11,300 nt of DNA from Candidatus Auribacterota bacterium (GTDB lineage: Bacteria; Auribacterota; UBA6266), in the NCBI GenBank assembly GCA_023136205.1, contig JAGLRQ010000091.1, positions 1 through 11,300 on the forward strand, written 5' to 3'. Each line of letters begins with the position of its first letter. The stretch's first letter is position 1. Below, piece by piece: positions 7,480 through 11,300 of the stretch. Below the pieces are notes generated by a model that was not told the origin of the DNA, did not search any database, and was given only the letters and a program-made list of their open reading frames with translations. Both the position numbers and the translations under genes were made by a program.

Positions 7480-10239
7480 ATGAAAGCGTTGCGAATAGGC
7501 CCTAAACTTATCTCTGGATTTGCGATTTATATTATTTTGTCGGCTATCATTGGAACTATAACGATAATTCAGTTAGCCAGGATAAAAAAAGACACTATAG
7601 AGATCAAGATTGCCAGAGATATCGAAAAGGAAATTCTGGAGTGCAGAAGGCAGGAAAAGAATGTTATGTTATTTGGCCCTCATGAAAGAGCAGCGTTGAA
7701 AGGGATAGAAGAAAAAACCTATTTGGACAAGGTTAATGATAGTTTAATTGCCTTAAAGGGATTAGTAGAGGAAGGGAAAAGGATTGCAGTAGAAGAAGAA
7801 TTCAATGTCATATCGAGAGAGATAGAAAGTTATGAGGCTTCCCTAAGGGAATTTGTAGCTGATTATGATAAGGGAGAGAAAAAAATAGCCGATCATAGCC
7901 TGAGCATGAGAAAAAATGCCAGAAGCGTAGAAGAGATAGCCCGCGAGGCTATAGGAATTGTGGAAAAGAGAATAGATACTGCCCATAGGACAGCAAACGG
8001 TATAGTATGGAGGGCCCTTATTTTAGCAATAATATTTGGAAGCGCGGTAGCTGTCTTTCTTTCCCGAAACATAATTAATCCCATCCGCAAGTTAACAGCT
8101 GCAGCTGCACTTATTACAGGAGGAGACTTATCTCAACGGATAGATATAAAGTCTGACGATGAGATTGGAGAATTGTCCTTTTCATTTAATAAAATGACTG
8201 AAGAGTTAGAAAAGTCAAGGAATGAGATAGCGTCTTTCTCCAAAGGGCTTGAAGAAAAAGTACAAGAGAGGACAGCGGAATTGTCCATTCTGTATGAAGT
8301 CTCCAGTGCCATTTCTCATACGTTGGATTATCAGACATTACTGAAGATAATTATGAAGTCATTATTTAAGATAGTGGATTATGACATCTGCGCCTCGCTT
8401 TTGTTTGATGCTCACACAGCCAACATTACCTTAAAATCAGCCTATCCTCAAAGTGCCGAATTCGCGAATGAGGCGAAGAATAATCTAATTGATTCTACTT
8501 CTGCACTTACCGGTGAGAATATCCGCGGAAAACATTTTAATGTGTTTCTTATTCCTACAGCGCCTGACGCTAAACCAGAAGCCATTCCTGCCGGTAGGCA
8601 GGAAGAAAGAAAATTTGATAAACTGCGCTCTTTCTTTAATGTGCCCTTTGTTGTGCGCGACAAAACAATAGGTATGATAAATGTCTCAAGCTGTAAGGAT
8701 AATGCTTTCAGCGAGGATGATATTAAATTAATTTTTACCATTGCCAATCAAGCGTCTAGTGCCATTGAGCGCTTACAGGTAGTTAGCACGACTGAAAAGT
8801 TAAAGATGCACAGTATGGTGGAAAGTATGGCTGAAGGCGTGATTATGATTGATGAAAGGGGGGAGGTAGTAGTCTTAAACCCTCAGGCAAGAAGGATGTT
8901 GGGCTTTGGGCCTGATGCGGAGGTTGCAAGAAAAATGCTGGATGAGAAGATGAAGGTTTTTGGTTTAGACAAAGTCCTTGAAGAATTTCAGAGCAAAGTA
9001 GAGGCAGTGACAAAAGAAATAACCATCCCTCATGATGGAGGTGCAATTTTACACTGTGATATATCTCCGGTAAAAAGTTTAGAAGGAAAGATCATTGGAA
9101 TTGTCACTATTTTAAGAGATATTACCAGGGAAAAAGAAATAGATAATATGAAAACAGAGTTTATATCTACTGTCTCTCATGAACTGCGCACCCCTTTAAC
9201 CACCATGAAAGAATTTACTGCTATCATTTCAGACGAAATACCCGGTAAACTTACCGAAGGCCAAAGAGAATATGTAGATATTATTAAGGGAAATATTGAT
9301 CGATTGGCCCGGTTGATTAATAACCTCCTGGATATTTCTAAGATTGAGTCCGGAAGGGCAGAATTTAAAAGAACACTTGTAAACATAACTGACTTGGCCA
9401 ATAGTATAATTTTTGTGCTAAAACCCGAGATAAAAGAAAAACATATTGAGATAAAAACCCTGTTGCCTGATTCCGCGGTAAATATTTATGCCGATCCTGA
9501 TAAAATAATCCAGGTGTTTACTAATTTAATCGAAAATGCCATTAAATTTACGCCTGAAAATGGCAAAATCACGGTTGAGATAAAAGACACAAAAAAAGAA
9601 ATAAAGTGTAGTGTCGATGATACAGGAACAGGTATTGCTCCTGAAGATATTGGCAAGCTCTTTGACAAGTTTCAGCAATTTGGCCGGGTACCGGGTGCCG
9701 GAGGAAAGGGGACAGGTTTAGGCCTGTCCATAACTAAAGAATTAGTGGAGGCGCATAATGGCAGGATCTGGGCGGATTCAAGGCCTGGGAGAGGAAGCAA
9801 ATTTACCTTTATCTTACCTAAAAATACCGATGAAGAATTTTTCAGAGAATATGTTAAAAACGGAATAAAAAATGCGCTGGAAAAAAATTCAAAAATGTCC
9901 CTTCTTGTTGTTTTTATAAAAGAATTAGAAAAATTTAAAAAGAAATTTTCTGTTGAAAGATTCAAGACAGTTTTAGAAGATATAGAAAGCCTTCTCAATG
10001 CCTGTCTGCGCGGTTCGGGGGATATTGTTTTTAATAAGACTAAAGAAGTTGCCGCTATTTTGCCTGATTGTAATAAAATAGGCGTCCTGAAAATAGAAAG
10101 CCGGTTAAAACAGGCGCTGGATAATTATTTGGTCGAAAAAAAATTGGCCGGAAAAGTGGAATTGGGCTTTGGACATGCTGTCTATCCGGATGACGCGAAG
10201 GATGAAGAAAAACTTATTGAGAAAGCGAAAAAAGGATAG
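7480..10239 (+). CDS. Membrane sensor histidine kinase: TM-sensor-TM-HAMP-GAF-PAS-HisKA-HATPase_c plus a degenerate GGDEF-like C-terminus
   Basis: TM1 is at about aa 10-32. A helical E/K-rich extracytoplasmic segment of about 145 aa follows. TM2 is at about aa 177-195. HAMP about 8065-8223 (NPIRKL...DEIGELSFSFNKM). GAF-like about 8275-8775. PAS about 8800-9135 (AEGVIMIDERGEVVVLNPQARRMLG). H-box FISTVSHELRTPL (His codon 9178-9180). N-box NLIENAIKFT, G1 DTGTGI, G2 GTGLGLSI (about 9481-9822). The C-terminal 137 aa (9826-10236) align positionally with a GGDEF domain but lack its catalytic residues. Confidence 0.92.
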   Translation: MKALRIGPKLISGFAIYIILSAIIGTITIIQLARIKKDTIEIKIARDIEKEILECRRQEKNVMLFGPHERAALKGIEEKTYLDKVNDSLIALKGLVEEGKRIAVEEEFNVISREIESYEASLREFVADYDKGEKKIADHSLSMRKNARSVEEIAREAIGIVEKRIDTAHRTANGIVWRALILAIIFGSAVAVFLSRNIINPIRKLTAAAALITGGDLSQRIDIKSDDEIGELSFSFNKMTEELEKSRNEIASFSKGLEEKVQERTAELSILYEVSSAISHTLDYQTLLKIIMKSLFKIVDYDICASLLFDAHTANITLKSAYPQSAEFANEAKNNLIDSTSALTGENIRGKHFNVFLIPTAPDAKPEAIPAGRQEERKFDKLRSFFNVPFVVRDKTIGMINVSSCKDNAFSEDDIKLIFTIANQASSAIERLQVVSTTEKLKMHSMVESMAEGVIMIDERGEVVVLNPQARRMLGFGPDAEVARKMLDEKMKVFGLDKVLEEFQSKVEAVTKEITIPHDGGAILHCDISPVKSLEGKIIGIVTILRDITREKEIDNMKTEFISTVSHELRTPLTTMKEFTAIISDEIPGKLTEGQREYVDIIKGNIDRLARLINNLLDISKIESGRAEFKRTLVNITDLANSIIFVLKPEIKEKHIEIKTLLPDSAVNIYADPDKIIQVFTNLIENAIKFTPENGKITVEIKDTKKEIKCSVDDTGTGIAPEDIGKLFDKFQQFGRVPGAGGKGTGLGLSITKELVEAHNGRIWADSRPGRGSKFTFILPKNTDEEFFREYVKNGIKNALEKNSKMSLLVVFIKELEKFKKKFSVERFKTVLEDIESLLNACLRGSGDIVFNKTKEVAAILPDCNKIGVLKIESRLKQALDNYLVEKKLAGKVELGFGHAVYPDDAKDEEKLIEKAKKG

Positions 10240-10252
10240 CTGTCAACAGCTA
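10237..10252. repeat. 7-bp inverted repeat TAGCTGT-ca-ACAGCTA spanning the kinase stop codon
   Basis: Read directly: tagctgtcaacagcta, with 7-bp perfect arms and a 2-nt centre. It begins with the TAG stop of the kinase. No T-tract follows it. Confidence 0.6.
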
Positions 10253-10285
10253 ATGGCTGATAACCGAAAACTAATGGAGGTAATT

Positions 10286-10666
10286 ATGTCTAAAAAAATT
10301 TTAGTGATTGATGATGAACCGCAAATAGTTAAAGCATTGAAAATAAGGCTTGAAAGTAGTGGATATGAGGTAGTTCATGCCTATGACGGAAAGGAGGGGC
10401 TGAAGAAATTAGAAGAAGAACACCCGGATTTAATAATTCTGGATGTAATGATGCCCAATATGGATGGATATACATTTGCCCGGGAGGTGAAGTTTAATCC
10501 AGACACAGAACATATCCCGATTATTATCCTTACAGTTAAAGAGAAGATGAAAGACTTGTTTGAGTTAGAAGGAATTAATGACTATATCCTAAAACCGTTT
10601 GAACATCAGGATCTTTTAAATAGGATTGAGAAATTGTTGGAGCGGAAAAACGGAGATAACGCGTGA
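10286..10666 (+). CDS. Stand-alone (CheY-like) response regulator receiver protein
   Basis: 126 aa with the canonical receiver residues: DD (VIDDEP), phospho-acceptor D in LIILDVMMP, T in ILTVKE, K in ILKPF. No output domain. Start ATG 10286 is preceded by GGAGG (10276-10280). The longer ORF-track start at 10169 overlaps the kinase and adds non-receiver sequence. Confidence 0.9.
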   Translation: MSKKILVIDDEPQIVKALKIRLESSGYEVVHAYDGKEGLKKLEEEHPDLIILDVMMPNMDGYTFAREVKFNPDTEHIPIIILTVKEKMKDLFELEGINDYILKPFEHQDLLNRIEKLLERKNGDNA

Positions 10667-11034
10667 ACAAAAAAAAGATATTAGTAGTTGAGGATGACCC
10701 GGAACTTGTTAAAGCTGTAAAGATCAGGCTTGAACAATCTGATTACGATGTTATAACCGCTTATGATGGTATGGCGGGATTGGATGAAGCGCGTAGAGAG
10801 AACCCGGACCTGATTATTTTAGACCTTATGCTTCCTAAAATGGATGGATACAAACTATGTTCATTGCTTAAAAGAGATAAAAAGTACGCGAAAATTCCTA
10901 TAATAATTTTTACCGCGCGCGCTCAGGAATCAGACAAGCAGATGAGTGAAGAAGTTGGTGCCGATTTATATATCACAAAACCTTTTCAACACGAAATAGT
11001 GTTGGCTAAAATAAAAGAATTATTAACAGAGTAA
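10663..11034 (+). CDS. Stand-alone (CheY-like) response regulator receiver protein, paralog of the upstream gene
   Basis: 123 aa with ED (VVEDDP), D in LIILDLMLP, T in IFTARA, K in ITKPF. The GTG start overlaps the upstream TGA stop (GTGA, 10663-10666). Shares DLIILD, MDGY, IPIII and KPF blocks with the preceding receiver. Confidence 0.9.
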   Translation: MNKKKILVVEDDPELVKAVKIRLEQSDYDVITAYDGMAGLDEARRENPDLIILDLMLPKMDGYKLCSLLKRDKKYAKIPIIIFTARAQESDKQMSEEVGADLYITKPFQHEIVLAKIKELLTE

Positions 11035-11058
11035 CATCATTTTCAAATATGGTATAAT
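11030..11058 (+). promoter_or_regulatory. Extended -10 promoter candidate for the downstream adhesin-like gene
   Basis: TGgTATAAT at 11050-11058 (perfect TATAAT with an upstream TG). Weak -35 GTAACA (11030-11035, 4/6) at 17-nt spacing. About 80 nt upstream of ATG 11138. Confidence 0.4.
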
Positions 11059-11137
11059 GTACAGTACAAGTGTTTTAAAGTTTGGTAATTGTAAATTGTT
11101 AAGCAAACCGTTTAGAGAATGCCCCGGAGTTCTTATT

Positions 11138-11300
11138 ATGATACGGTTTATTTTAATAATATTTTTATGTTTCAGCGTAAGCCTCGGTTATTCGCTTCCT
11201 GAAATCGAAGAAGTGATTTCCGGTGAAGCTAATATTCAGTATCCTGATAGTACCACGTTACAAATAGATGCCGGTGCGTCAACAATAATAAACTACAAAT
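11138..11300 (+). CDS. 5' end (partial, runs off the window) of a secreted protein with a filamentous-haemagglutinin-type N-terminal domain
   Basis: My own translation, since this ORF is not in the track (no stop within the window): MIRFILIIFLCFSVSLGYSLPEIEEVISGEANIQYPDSTTLQIDAGASTIINYK. It has a signal peptide, then a pattern matching the start of the haemagglutination-activity/TPS domain (v.sG.A.I......t.I.q.s..aIInw.sF). GGAG (11126-11129) lies 8 nt upstream of the ATG. Confidence 0.55.
   Translation, partial: MIRFILIIFLCFSVSLGYSLPEIEEVISGEANIQYPDSTTLQIDAGASTIINYK

Noticed and set aside
7893-9998. Seven short ORFs inside or antisense to the histidine-kinase gene (7893-8090, 8448-8747, 8489-8671, 8843-9046, 9177-9401, 9486-9668, 9672-9998)
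   Set aside because: All are nested in the kinase CDS, whose frame carries contiguous HAMP, GAF, PAS, HisKA and HATPase motifs. None has independent support.
10169-10285. Longer ORF-track start for the first response regulator (MDMLSIRMTRR...)
   Set aside because: It overlaps the kinase 3' end and encodes a basic low-complexity sequence not found in receivers. The receiver fold starts at MSKKILVIDD, and GGAGG precedes ATG 10286.

Overview
AT-rich bacterial chromosomal segment, possibly from an uncultivated lineage (this is inference only). It is tightly packed with 10 supportable protein genes and has no rRNA, tRNA or CRISPR signal. Left to right: (1) an intact integron-type tyrosine recombinase (IntI) whose 185-nt upstream region at the left edge is full of short repeats and palindromes; (2) uvrA, 53 nt downstream on the same strand; (3) a convergent MthK-like 2-TM/RCK channel gene whose selectivity filter reads TVGNRE rather than TVGYGD; (4) an overlapping three-gene cluster of a secreted basic-tailed protein, a CPBP/Abi intramembrane protease and a ComF-family PRTase; (5) a signalling cluster with a TM-HAMP-GAF-PAS-HisKA-HATPase kinase carrying a degenerate, truncated GGDEF-like C-terminus, then two overlapping stand-alone receiver genes; (6) the 5' end of a gene with a filamentous-haemagglutinin-type N-terminus. 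I see no single clear-cut novel system. The best candidates for follow-up are the integron platform at the edge (any cassette array would be off-window), the pseudo-GGDEF kinase with two CheY-like regulators next to the adhesin-like gene, the secreted-protein/CPBP/ComF overlapping triad, and the non-canonical channel filter. All domain calls come from reading the translations by eye; no searches were run.
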